Shown here: positions 13,379 to 26,507 of the stretch, piece after piece | Position numbering within the stretch: position 1 is the stretch's first letter | Layout: every line of letters begins with the position of its first letter | From: Octopus sinensis | Lineage: Eukaryota | Length of the DNA: 64,000 nucleotides | Direction: 5' to 3' | Assembly (NCBI RefSeq): GCF_006345805.1 | Contig: NC_043004.1 | Location: 94,860,001 to 94,924,000, forward strand | Notes under the pieces: generated by a model | Database searches by the model: none | Seen by the model: the letters and a program-made list of their open reading frames with translations, nothing else | Told to the model about the DNA's origin: nothing | Translations under genes and position numbers: made by a program

Positions 13379-13526
13379 TGTTTATTTGTATGTATGATGT
13401 CGCTGTAGCAATCTTTGCTACGGTTGTAACTGTCATGAATAATGTTATGAATGATAAGCTGATGATATGCTACATGCGTCTTTTTGTTTTGCATGTAGGT
13501 TGTATATACATATACATATATATACG

Positions 13527-13559
<33 letters not shown>

Positions 13560-13616
13560 TATATAACGATATATATATATATACGTATATATATATATAT
13601 ATATAATATATATATC

Positions 13617-13648
<32 letters not shown>

Positions 13649-13790
13649 TACATATATATATATATATAATATATATATATATATATAAATACAATATACA
13701 TATGTATATATATATAAATAAATATATATATATATATATACACACATATATATATATATATACTACTATTAATTTATATATATATATGTA
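12080..13790. repeat. Microsatellite-dominated low-complexity region ((AT)n, (CA)n, (TATG)n, (ATC)n)
   Basis: Direct inspection; source of the many Y/I/M/C-rich ORFs. Confidence 0.9.
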
Positions 13791-13800
13791 TGTAATACAC

Positions 13801-16800
13801 AGGTACAGATTTTCTGGGCAGGGAACACTGACGGGGTTGGTGGCGTGGGTATACTTATCGCTGAGAAATGGATAGATAGAGTAATTGAGGTAATCAGAGT
13901 AAGTGACAGAATACTTAAGATTAGAATAGTGCTTCATAATAGATTAGCAACCATTATATCGGCCTATGCCCCTCAGCCAGGGCTACCCGATGGACAGAAG
14001 ACAGTTTCTATGACACCCTACTGCAGACCACCTCATCGACGAACGACAGGGACCTTCTCTTTGTGGCTGGTGATTTCAATGGGCATGTTGGACGACATGC
14101 TGGGGCTTCCATGGCGTCATGGAGGCTACGGTTATGTTTCCCGCAACGAGGAGGGAACCAGGCTGCTGGAGTTCTGCGATGCGAATAGTCTCTGGTCTGC
14201 AACACTAACTTCAGGAAACCAACAAGCCACCTGTCACCTACCGATCGGGCCGGCATACTAGCCAATCGATTACATCCTTGCCAGAAAAGGGAAAGATGGC
14301 TGCTTATAAATGCCAAAACCTTCCAGGCGAAGAATGCACCCCACAACATAGACTGGTAGTTAGTGACTTTAGGATCAGGACTAAGAGGGCGACTAGAAGA
14401 CGACCAACATGGAGAAGAAGAGTCTGGAAGCTTAAAGCCCCTGCGAATGGACAGAGATTTAGAGATATTTTACTTGAAGCCTTTGACGAAGTGGAAGGGG
14501 GTATAGCTACACATGGGGTAGAAGACAACTGGACGTTTCTGAGGGACAACCTGCTGAAAGCCGCTGACCAGATCTGTGGCTGGTGCAAAGTCCCCTTAAG
14601 ACCCAAAATAACGTGGTGGTGGAACAATATTGTTGACAGGGCTTTTAGACAAAAGAAACAGGCTTGGAAGGCCTGGAAGAACGGTGGTAGCAGGGAAGGG
14701 TATCAGACTGCCAGAAGGGAAGCTAGGAGACAGGTCTATCTAGCCAGAGGGGAAGCAGATAAGAAAATTTGCCAATGTCCTGCGCCGTGAGGATGAAAGA
14801 CTTGAGGTATTTCGTGTGCAAGACAGTGTGTGAGAGAGAATCGTGATGTGGTAGGAGAGAAATGTGTTCGCATGGAGGATGGTTCACTTGCGCTAAATGA
14901 GGATGCAAAGAGAGAAGCTTGGAGACGCCACTATGAAAGGTTACTGATGAGGAAAATGAATGGGATAAAGAGAGTCTGCCGAATGTTGACCCTACAGAGG
15001 GACCAGCTATCCGAGTTGATAGTTCCGTGGTAGCTAAGGCAATTAGAAGCATGAAGACAGGGAAAGCCCCAGGCCCATCAGGAATTACTGCAGAGATGCT
15101 CAAAATATCTGGCAGTGTCGGCTATAACCTAGTCACCCTTATAGTCAACCAGGTGATACACGAAGGAGTCATACCCAATGACTGGTGCAGCAGCATACTA
15201 GTCAACTGCTACAAAGGTAAAGGTGATGCCCTAGATACAAATAATTACAGAGGTATCAAGCTGTTGGATCAAGTAATGAAGGTTACGGAGAGGGTCATAG
15301 CCCAACTAATTAGAGAGAGAGTTAGTTTAGATGAGATGCAGTTTGGGTTCGTGCCAGGAAAAGTACCACTGATGCTATATTCCTGGTAAGGCAGCTGCAG
15401 GAGAAATACCTAGCCAAAGATAAGCCCCTGTACCTGGCTTTCGTTGACATGGAGAAAGCTTTTGATAGGGTCCCCCGATCCCTTATCTGGTGGTCAATGA
15501 GAAAACTAGGATAGATGAATGGCTGGTGAGGACTGTGCAAGCCATGTACAGAGATGCCGTAAGTAAGGTTAGGGTTGCAACATGTACACAGAAGAATTCA
15601 AAGTAGAGGTTGGGGTCCACCAGGGTTCAGTACTCAGCCCCCTCCTATTTATCATAGTACTCCATCCAGGCAATTACGGAGGATTCAAGACAGGCTGTCC
15701 CTGGGAGCTCCTCTACGCTGACGACCTTGCTCTTATTGCTGAGTCACTATCAGAACTGGAGGAGAAGTTCCAGGTGTGGAAGGAGGGTTTTAGAATCAAG
15801 GGGCCTTAGAGTCAACCTAGCTAAAACCAAAGTACTAATAAGTAGAAAGTTAGACAATCCACAAATATCTTCAGGAAGATGGCCCTGCTCGATCTGTAGA
15901 AAAGGTGTAGGTAGAAACTCTATAAGATGTACCCAGTGTAAGCTATGGACACATAAGAGGTGCAGCAATGTCAAAGTAGGCTAACTGGGAAGATAGTTTT
16001 TGTATGTGGCAGATGCTCGGGAGCATTAACCTCCGAAAATCTGCAGAAAACAACTTCCGTCACTTTCCAGGGGGAAAAACTAGAAGTAGTTGATAGCTTC
16101 CGTTATCTAGGTGACCAAGTCAGTAGTGGGGGTGGGTGCGCTGAAAGTGTAACTGCTAGAATAAGAATAGCCTGGCCAAAGTTTAGGGAGCTCTTACCTC
16201 TGCTGGTGACTAAAGGCCTCTCGCTCAGAGTAAAAGGCAGACTGTATGATGCGTGTGTACGAACAGCCATGCTACATGGCAGCGAAACATGGGCCGTGAC
16301 TGCTGAGGACATGCGTAAGCTCGTGAGGAATGAAGCCATTATGCTCCGATGGATGTGTAATGTCAGTGTACATACTCGACAGAGCGTTAGCACCTTGAGA
16401 GAAATGTTGTACCTAAGAAGCATCAGTTGTGTGTGCAAGAGAGACGATTGCGCTGGTATGGTCATGTGGCGAGAATGGATGAAGATAGGTGTGTGAGAAG
16501 TGCCAATCCTAGCAGTTGAGGGAACCCGTGGAAGAGGTAGACCCAGGAAACCTGGGACGAGGTGGTGAAGCACGACCTTCGAACTTTAGGCCTCACTGAG
16601 GAAATTACCAGAGACCGAGACCTTTGGAAATATTCTGTACGTGAAGACCAGGCAGGACAAGTTAGCCCAGCCCACTTATGAATGCCTTTCCTCCCTTGGA
16701 CACAAAGACCGGTTGAGGCAAGCGAAGTCGATATAGAACCTCATCCGACGACAGACAACCCATGCCAACCCCCCATGCTTGCGAAGACATGTTGGGGCAA

Positions 16801-17484
16801 GCGAAATCGAAATCGAAACCGAATTGAACCAGCCAGGATCCCTGGCCTGGTGGTACGTAAAAAGCACTATCCGACTCGTGGCCGTGGCACGTAAAATACT
16901 CCAATGCGACCGTACGACAGGCACCCATGCCAACCCCCTTTGCTCGTGAAGACATGTTGGGGCAAGCGAAATCGAAATCGAATTGAACCAGCCAGGATCC
17001 CTGGTCTGGTGGTACGTAAAAAGCACTATCCGACTCGTGGCCGTGGCACGTAAAATACTCCAATGCGACCGTACGACAGGCACCCATGCCAACCCCCTTG
17101 CTTGTGAAGACATGTTGGGGCAAGCGAAATCGAAATCGAATTGAACCAGCCAGGATCCCTGGTCTGGTGGTACGTAAACACTATCCGACTCGTGGCCGAT
17201 GCCAGCACCGCCTCGACTGGCTTCCGTGCCGGTGGCACATAAAATACACCAATCTGACCGTGGCCGTTGCCAGCCCCGCCTGGCACCTGTGCAGGTGGCA
17301 CGTAAAAAGCACCCACTACACTCACGGAGTGGTTGGCGTTAGGAAGGGCATCCAGCTGTAGAAACATTGCCAGATTAGACTGGAGCCTGGTGCAGCCTTC
17401 TGGCTTCCCAGAACCCCGGTCGAACCGTCCAACCCATGCTAGCATGGAGAACGGACGTTAAACGACGATGATGATGATGATGAT
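13801..17484 (+). mobile_element. RTE-clade LINE: APE endonuclease, reverse transcriptase, Cys-rich segment, repetitive 3' UTR and (GAT)n tail; frameshifted
   Basis: Motifs in order across shifted frames: [19 protein letters not shown] (EN), KAPGPSG, YRGIKLL, QFGFVPG, GVHQGSVLSPLLF, LLYADDL, CSICRKGVG..C..CKLWTHKRC, FRYLG, LYDACVRTAMLHGSETW. Confidence 0.95.
16760..17200 (+). repeat. About 160-bp tandem repeat (~2.7 units) in the RTE 3' UTR
   Basis: CCATGCCAACCCC recurs at 16760, 16925 and 17084. Confidence 0.9.
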
Positions 17485-18084
17485 ACACACACACACATAT
17501 ATATAAATATATATATATATTTCACCATATGTAATATCTGAGCATTTGAAAAACATGCATCTGTGTATAAACGCATTAATGTTTGTGTACTCATATATGT
17601 ATGTATGTATGTGTATATATATTATATATATACATATATATGTATGTATATTTATACACCCACTCATATATATACATACACACACATATATATGTAAACA
17701 CTCACCAATAGACAATCATAGATGCATGCTCAAACACACACACATACACACACTTATATGTATATATATTTATATATATATATATGGTTGGTGTGGTCTG
17801 TGTGTATCTTATATGCTATAATCACTTCAATGTGGAATAATATTTATCACACAATGAAGAAAATGGAACAACCAAGTACACGCACACACAATCACACACA
17901 CACGCATTCACACACACACACTCACACTCAGATGTACACTAACAGCAAAATAAAAGGACAACTTCAACATTACGAGTAACAACATGAAACCCTAATAGAA
18001 AGAAAAGTAAAACAATCTACTGTAACAAATTTTCCAATTGATTTTCATTATCGTCATCAATATGTTCACTTTATTTTTTTAATT

Positions 18085-18273
18085 ATGCAGTATTTATTAT
18101 TGTTATTGCTGTCGTCGTTATTATTATTATTATTATTATTATTATAATATTATTATTATTATTACTATTATTAATATTATCATTATTACTATTATTAATA
18201 TTATTATTATTATTAATTTTATTTTTATTATTATTATTATTATTATTACTATTATTGATATTATCATTATTAC

Positions 18274-18309
<36 letters not shown>

Positions 18310-18327
18310 CATTATTACTATTATTAA

Positions 18328-18375
<48 letters not shown>

Positions 18376-18412
18376 AAATATTATTAATATTATTATTATT
18401 ATTATTATTATT
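18085..18412. repeat. (ATT)n microsatellite
   Basis: Direct inspection; source of the poly-N/poly-L ORFs. Confidence 0.95.
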
Positions 18413-18966
18413 GAGTAAGAGAGCAGTGCATGCCATCAAAGTGACACTGGGGTAAAATATATACGAAGCCCAGTATACCCATCATGACTACCCGTCTGAT
18501 AAGGGTACACTAGGCACATGCATCACAACCATATGTGCGCGACATGGTGATTTCATATCAAAATAAACAGCACATGACCTTGCAAGTGGGGCCCAGTTAG
18601 AATTTTCTTCAGGTCGAGTAACCCATCTCACTCGAAAGGTCCCTGAATAAGGGTTGTTTAAGGATGTTGAACGAAACACCCATGTTTCCAGAGGTGAATT
18701 ATTCAAACCCCAAAGAATCCCTCTCAACACATGGCTATGATACTCCCCCACTACTTCTGCTCGTGATCAGAGATCCACATACCGTCAGCCACTAAGGACA
18801 TGCTCAACTGGTTATGGTCAAACAACTGACAAGCAAGACTGTGGTATTGAGCAGAGTATTTGCTGTAGCCCATCTTTTATACCAAGACAAAACACATGAT
18901 ACATGATAACACTTCCATCAGTAAGATCAGAAGCCATGAGAGCCACTGCCGGTACTGCATCAGGGC
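18413..18966 (-). mobile_element. Non-coding ~550-bp element inserted in (AAT)n
   Basis: Complex sequence flanked by (AAT)n on both sides. The minus-strand end TACTC-(AAT)n resembles the TACTG-(AAT)n end of the R4-like element at about 34250. Confidence 0.5.
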
Positions 18967-19062
18967 AATTATTATTATTATTATTATTATTAATATTATT
19001 ATTATTATTACTATTATTAATATTATCATTATTACTATTATTATTATTATTATTACTATTAA

Positions 19063-19096
<34 letters not shown>

Positions 19097-19382
19097 ATTT
19101 TTATTATAATTATTATCATAAAAAGATATTTGTGTTGCTGTTGTCTTTTGAAGCAGCAGCCGCAGCAGTAGTAGTAGTAATAGTAGGTGGTGGTGGTGGT
19201 GGTGGTGGTGATGGTTGTGGGGACAGTTATTTTTTTCTTCCTTCATCTAATTATGTTTGTGTATTTTCTTTCTTTTTGTATGGTATCAATATTACAGTGT
19301 TATTTGATTATAAGAAAGCTGATAAAGACTTCTCCCTTCTTAAATATGTTTATATATACATATACGTATATGCATGTGTGTG

Positions 19383-19414
<32 letters not shown>

Positions 19415-19551
19415 ATAATAAATATATTTATATATGTATATATATATATATATAGTTAATCCAAACAAGAAAGCACAAAAAAAAACACAACGCGAGGACG
19501 TGGAACAAATATAGTATTATTGGACGCTCAGGAAAGAAGGAAAGAAGGAGG

Positions 19552-19586
19552 GTTTAACGTTTCGAGCGGAGCTCTTCGTCGGAAAC
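19552..19586 (-). ncRNA. Very short-stem-III hammerhead motif (CCGACGA, GUU site) within a ~210-bp repeat (19455-19670)
   Basis: Minus strand reads GTTT-CCGACGA-A-GAGC-TCC-GCTC-GAAA-C-GTT-AAAC, with palindromic ACGT in stem III. Confidence 0.65.
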
Positions 19587-20159
19587 ATAGGAGAAGGAAA
19601 GATCCAGAGAAGGGAAGACAAAGGGAAAAAAATCGCCAACGGTAAACACGGGGTCACATTTTGAAAGATACATATATATTTGTATGTATGTATATATATA
19701 TGTGTGTGTGTACATCTGTTGGTATCTATATATGTGTATGTTTGAAAGTTAGTGGGTGTATAGACTTACGAACGCGGTTGAATAACACCTATGTGTACTC
19801 GTTTTCATATTTGGTTTAAATGAATGGCAGTTCTAAGTACCAGAGCAAAATGCAAGGAAACAGCAGCAGCAGTAGCAGCAATAACAATATCAATAATACT
19901 GATACTAACAATCAATGGCGACAATAGTAGATGCAATAACAACGCCAGCAAAACGATCACGAGTCGCCACAGAAAGTTTGAATGTGTGTGATTTGAATAT
20001 AGAAAGGAGAAATGCTGAGTAGATGGATGTTGATAGAAACAAAATTTATTCAGTATTCGCTACAGTAACAGCTACTGCAGCAATAATATCATTACCGCCA
20101 CCACCACCATCATTATCATCATCATCATCATCATCAACAACAACAATGATGATAACAAT

Positions 20160-21095
20160 CCTTTCTACTAGAGGCACAAGGCATGAACTTTTGCGGGACG
20201 AGACTAGACGATTACATCCACATCCCCCCACCAGTACTCGACTGGTACTTGATTTATCGACTCCAAAAGAACAAAAGGCAAAGTTGACCTCGGCAGAATT
20301 TGAACTCAAAACATAGCGACAAGCGAAATACTGCTAAGCATTTTGCCTGACGCACTAACAATTCTGCCAGCTTGCTACCTTAGCATGCCGGGCGAAATGC
20401 GTAGCCGTATTTCGTCTGCCATTACGTTCTGAGTTCAAATTCCGCCGAGGTCGACTTTGCCTTTCATCCTTTCAGGGTCGATAAATTAAGTACCAGTTAC
20501 GCACTGGGGTCGACGTAATCGACTTAATCCGTTTGTCTGCCCTTGTTTGTCCCCTCTGTGTTTAGCCCATTGTGGGTAGTAAAGAAATAAATTATTATTA
20601 TTATTATTATTATTATTATTGTTGTTATTGTTAATGATACTACTAATAATAATAATAATCCTTTCTGCTGTAGACACAACACCCGAAATTTTGAAGGAGA
20701 GGACTAGTCGATTACATCGACCCCAGTGTTTTACTGGTACTTAATTCAGCGACCCTGAAAGGATGAAAGACAAAGTTGACCTTGGTGGAATTTGAACCCA
20801 GAACATAAAGACGGACAAAATGCCGCTAAGCATCTTGCCCAGTATGCTACGGATTCTGCCAGCTCACCACCTTAATAATGATAATGGTTTCAAATTTTTC
20901 CATAAGGACAGCAATTTTGAGGAAGGGATTAAGTCGATTACATTGACTCCAGTGTATAACTGGTACTTAATTTATCAACTCCAAAAGATGAAAGGCAAAG
21001 TCAACTTCGGTGAAATTTGAACTCAGAACATAGCGGTAGATGAAATACTGTTAAGCATTTCATTTGACATGCTAACGTTTCTGCCAGCTCACCAG
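20160..21095. mobile_element. Cluster of four SINE family B copies in mixed orientation
   Basis: Repeated GAGTTCAAATTCC...GACTTTGCCTTTCATCCTTTC..GGTCGAT...AAGTACCAG motifs or their reverse complement. Confidence 0.85.
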
Positions 21096-21105
21096 CTTAA
21101 TAATG

Positions 21106-21163
<58 letters not shown>

Positions 21164-21274
21164 TGATGATGTTGATGATGATGTTGATGGTTGTGGTGGT
21201 GATGGTGATGGTGATGGTGGTGATGGTGATGATGATGATGATGGTGATGGCTAAGACCAGGGCAGAGTAATTAT

Positions 21275-23359
21275 CACTGGTCAACAAAATGAAACTTTTT
21301 TTAATCATCAGAGTTGCTAATTGACTATTCTGGGTTAAATTTTGATGCTGATTACGAATCTGATGTCCGATTTCCTCTATCAGGTCACATTTTCCTGTTA
21401 ATGGTACTTATAGGATACGTAAAGCATGTCTATATCAAGTATATTGAATACATGATACGATAATTTCATGGCTTTTTATTGTACAAAATTTAAATTATTA
21501 TGTACAAATAAGTTATAATACACTGAAATGCATAACAACTTAAAATCTTTGCGATTTGGACTTTCTATAGTGCTTTGTCTCAGGTTCATCCCTGTATAAC
21601 ATCCAACTGTAGTCAGCTAACATTCCTACATTTCAAAATCCTTGATATCGTTGTTCAATCGATGCAATATCTTGATGAAAGCATTCCCCTTGCTCATTAG
21701 ACACTGCTCTGAAGTTCTCTGCAAAAATTCCAGATGTGAATCAAGGAAATGGACTTTTAGGGACATCCGACAACCCATTGCAGCGTAGGAGTCTAGAAGA
21801 CATTTCACTCCATTTATAAACTCTAGAGATCTCTTGTTGCCTAGGAAATTTTCACAGAGACATTTGAAAGATTCCCAGGCTTTAAGTTCAATCTCATCCA
21901 GTGCTGTGAGAAAGTGGTTGTCCTTCAGGAGTTCTTTTATCTGCGGACCTATGAATACGCTCTCTTTCAGTTTTGCCTCGGTGATTTTTGGAAATTTGGC
22001 CTTCACATATTTAAAACCTCTGGCAAGTATCTTCACGAATTGTTTCATGAGGCCAAGCTTTATGTGAAGAGGGGAAGAAGTACATTTTCTGGGTTTAAAA
22101 GTGGTTACTCTGGACGCTAGAATCTCTCGGTTCATATGATTTTCGCAAAGGCCACTCTGATTGCACATAGTACTTGTTAGTTGCACGACTGTCCTATAGG
22201 CATAAAATTCAACAATATTTGGTGAACCCAGATTGCATTCCCATCAACATTTCAATCACCTTGAAGTCTCCACATATTTTCCAGCTGTAGTTTCATAACA
22301 CTCCTTTATGTGTACTGAATGTCCTATGGGAATGGATGGTTTCTTATTGCCGTTGCATAGTAGTACTGCCTTGTGGTTTCTCTTAGATGAATCAATGAAT
22401 AAGTGTCATTCAGCTGAAACATGCTCTTGGAACAAATAGCGAAATAACTCATCAGTGTTATCACTGAAACGAAGTGGTCCATCAACAGAGAAGCATGAAG
22501 TCAGATCCCATTTCTCTTCCTGAAATGAGTAATACAAACATCTTTTTTAAACAGACACTTTTCTTGTAGGCGAGATGCGAAGAGTTCAGCTTTATCCTTC
22601 GACAATGACAAGTCTCTAACTAAATCATTTAACTCTCCTTGAGAAAATTTCTGTGGTACGTCTTCATTTTCAATCGTGAAATCTGCATCCACTTCGGTGT
22701 CTTCCACAGCAGCAGTATTTTCTTCAGGAAATACATCTTCGTCAGACATCTGAAGGCCATTTTCTGGTGGTATTGGAATAGGAAGATCATCGTCATTGTG
22801 TGGTACTGGTTTTCTTGCTGATTCCAATTTGGGATACACAATCTTATGCTTGGTCTTTACAGTAAACTCACATACGTTAACGTTGCAGAAATAACAGTCC
22901 ATGAAATGATCTTTTGGCTTTCTCCATATCATAGGTATTGCAAACGGTATTGCTCTCTTCCTCTTATTTAACTAATCCCTTAGTTCATTTGAACAAGCTG
23001 AGCAGAGGATGTGCGGGGCCTAACTCTTATCTTGATCCCTGAGAGAGCAATGCATTGACATCCTGGGTAGATGATGATGACTTGGCACCTTAAACAGAAA
23101 GTAAAATTTATGAAAAGAAAAGACTATGAAAACATAAAATTACAAAATGAATACAAATAGTTATAAAACAAGTCAGAATTTACCCGTATAAGACGTTTAC
23201 ATGTAGCGATACCGCTGATGAGAGTTATATACCTCTGTTATCTCATCAGAAAAACTGTGGCTGATAGAAGGAAACCGATTACATTTTTGAAATCTACGGA
23301 CAAAACTACATATAACACACCATATAATATCCCCGATGAAAATTGTCTGTTGACCAGTA
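21275..23359 (-). mobile_element. Chapaev/CMC-like DNA transposon, apparently end-to-end, with a disrupted transposase
   Basis: Terminal inverted repeats CACTGGTCAACA (21275) and TGTTGACCAGT(A) (23348-23359). Peptides DQDKS*APHILC, PMIWRKPKDHFMDCYFC, PLHIKLGLMKQFVK, SLKVHFLDSHL. Superfamily assignment is from memory of these motifs. Confidence 0.7.
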
Positions 23360-23706
23360 TAATTCATGAGTGTTAGACTAGCCGTTTAAAAGCATCTCTC
23401 TTAAAATCAACATAGACTAAGGGATGCTATAAGCAATATGCAAAAACACTTAACAAAACAAAGTATTCTGATACACACTTCTAGTATTCATTGAAATAAA
23501 TTTCATGACAAATCACTTGTATACGTAGAACAGACTATGTTAGTTTAAATAAACGACCACTTATAAAAGATAAACCAACTGGATGAGAAAATTAAAATAT
23601 AGAATATTGATAATATAGAATACAGGCTCAATTTAACGAAGTATGTAAAATATCTCAAATGGTAATATTCAGTATTTCTAAAGATGTGTGTGTGTATGGG
23701 TGTGTG

Positions 23707-23788
<82 letters not shown>

Positions 23789-24199
23789 TGATATTAATTA
23801 TTTATACAATACAACACAATAATCCCATAACAGTCTATTTACGAATCATTTTCTTACACGAGAATCTGTTACAAAAATTCTCGGCACGCATCAGAGGGGT
23901 TGGCGAGAAAAATATGGTTCGTGCTCTTTGCCACTGGAGGCAACATATATCAGGTCCACCCATAAGTAATGTCCGGATTTTATATAAGGAAAAGTGATCA
24001 AATCTTACATTCTAGTGAAACTTAATCGTTGGTATAGTTTCCATGATTATCTATGACATTTTTCCATCTACTCGTTAGCTTTTTAATCTCATGAGTAAAA
24101 AAACTCTTTCGGTTTCGAAGAAAAGAACTCTGAAAAGTCAGTTTCAACTTCCTAAGTTGTTTTGAGAGTTAATCCACCCACATGATTCTGTAAACTACG

Positions 24200-24340
24200 G
24201 AACCACATGGTTCAGGGTTCAGTCCCACTGCGTGGCACCTTGGGCAAGTGTTTTCTACTATAGCCTCGGGCCGACCAAAGCCTTCTGAGTGGATTTGGTA
24301 GACGGAAACTGAATGAAGCCCGTCGTATATATATATATGG

Positions 24341-24388
<48 letters not shown>

Positions 24389-24597
24389 TGTCTGTGTTTG
24401 TCCCCCACCCTCAAATCACTTGACAACCGATGCTAGTGTGTTTACGTCCTTGTAACTTAGCGGTCCGGCAAAGGTGCCAGATAGAATAAGTGCTAGGCTT
24501 ACAAAGAATAAGTCCTGGGGTCTATTTGCTCGAATAAAGGCGGTGCTCCAGCACGGCCGCAGTCAAACGACTGAAACACGTAAAAGAGTAAGAGAGC
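24200..24597 (+). mobile_element. SINE family A, 5'-truncated
   Basis: Family A body and tail. Confidence 0.85.
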
Positions 24598-24689
24598 AAG
24601 TTTAAAGTGATTTCTTTCGTGCCGTAAACCATTTTCATTTCTGTGGTGCCCTTTCCTTCCCTTGATGCCCCAAGCACGCGCTTATTTTT

Positions 24690-24890
24690 ACTCAAAGGGT
24701 TTAATCTAGCGCTGCATCTACTGCTTTCATTGCCTGCCTCTTGCTCGAATGTCTTCTACTCTTCCCTCAACGATTATGTTTTCTAACCCCAGTGTTTCTT
24801 TGAACATGGCCACAATAGAGGAGCTTTTTGTTTTCTTTCTGATTTCCCAATCTTCAGAAATTGTGGTCTTTCACTTGCTTGTTGTAACAC
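24690..24890 (-). pseudogene. Short RTE C-terminal remnant
   Basis: Minus-strand peptide LGLENIIVEGRVEDIRARGRQ resembles the RTE/BovB ORF C-terminus. Confidence 0.5.
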
Positions 24891-24994
24891 CCTGGTATAG
24901 AATAAGCAAAACGCTTAAGAATACGAACTGGCCTAGATTTATTCGACAAAACCCCTTCAGGGAGATGCCCCGGCATTGCTGCAGTCCAAAGACT

Positions 24995-25057
24995 AAAACA
25001 AGTACAAGCACGATGCATACATACACACATGCTTGCACGCGCACTCACACACAGCAA

Positions 25058-25088
<31 letters not shown>

Positions 25089-25850
25089 AACACACAAAGC
25101 AAACACACACACAACATACACACACACAAACACACACACACAACATACACACAACAAACACACACACACAACATACACACACACAAACACACACAGCAAA
25201 CACACACACACAAACACACAAAGCAAACACACACACAACATACACACACACAAACACACACACACAACATACACACACACAAACACACACACACAACATA
25301 CACACACAACAACACACACCGCAAACACACACACACAAACACCAAAGCAAACACCACACACATACACACACACAAACACACACCCACAACACACCCACAC
25401 AACACAACACACAACCACCCACACACACAAACCCCAAAGCAAACACACACACCAACATACACACACAACACACACCCACAACACCACACAACACACACAC
25501 ACAACACATACACACACACAAACCACACACCAGCAAACCACACACAAACACACACAGTAACAAACACACAACAGCCACACACAAACACACAAGCACACAC
25601 ACACAACAACACACACACAAACACACACCACAACATACACACACACAAACACACACACACAACATACACACACACAAACACACACAGCAAACACACACAC
25701 ACAAACACACACAGCAAACACACACACACAAACACACATGCCTGCACGCGCGCGCGCACACATTCACACACACACAATACACACACACACGCACACACAC
25801 ACACACACACAACATACATACACAACACACACAATACACACACACACACA

Positions 25851-25890
<40 letters not shown>
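24995..25890. repeat. About 900-bp degenerate (CA)n array
   Basis: Direct inspection; source of the 250-400 aa H/T and C/V ORFs. Confidence 0.95.
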
Positions 25891-25893
<3 letters not shown>

Positions 25894-26428
25894 GACTACA
25901 GTTTCTAATGTTTCCTTCCTTAATTTTAAAGAAAGAACGAAAACTTAAATGCACTAAAATATGAAAGGGAAACAAAAAGTAAAAAAAAAAAAAGTAAATT
26001 AAATTTTAAAATATCAGAACTTACAAAATAGCGAAATGGGAAATCATTTTAATTCGCTTTTATTGACAAAACAATATTTACTTCATTTCTTTATTATTAT
26101 AATTACCAAAATAATATTACCATGACAACGAAATACAGCATAAACTTGGCTGGTAAAAGTGGGATATAAACGAATGTAAGTATAAAAAGGGGAACGGAAT
26201 AAGGAAAGGAAGTGCGAGTAGGGAACCAGCGTTGCCTAGAAAGAAAGAAAAAAAATAGAAAAAAAGAAAGGAAGAAAGAGAAAGTAGTGGGGGGCGGAAG
26301 TGTTGTGTAGTTTTAGGTAAGGGTGGTGCTTAGAATGAACAATAACGGCGACATTTTTATTGTAATGTATAGAAATTGTGCTTTTCAAGATTTTAGTATT
26401 AATTTAGATGGCCCGAAATTTTGCTTAC

Positions 26429-26463
26429 GCATGCATAACGAAGACTGCACATCCAAGCCATCA
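26429..26463 (-). other. Candidate 35-nt spliceosomal exon (unverified)
   Basis: Minus strand reads tttttattctgtttcAG|TGATGGCTTGGATGTGCAGTCTTCGTTATGCATGC|GTaagc. Two frames are open (DGLDVQSSLCM or MAWMCSLRYAC). Confidence 0.3.
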
Positions 26464-26507
26464 CTGAAACAGAATAAAAATCTGTGAAACTTTCCAGAAG
26501 TTGATCA

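Noticed and set aside
16760-17200. CRISPR-like repeat/spacer appearance
   Set aside because: The units are full-length tandem duplicates without unique spacers and lie in a eukaryotic LINE UTR.
23209-23250. CTGATGA motif in the hairpin CTGATGAGA/TCTCATCAG
   Set aside because: No GAAA, stem III or NUH in register; it is a subterminal hairpin of the DNA transposon.
24749-25975. ORFs of 250-400 aa rich in H/T or C/V
   Set aside because: Pure translation of a degenerate (CA)n array. The same applies to ORFs over (AT)n, (CATA)n, (ATC)n, (AAT)n and (GAA)n elsewhere.
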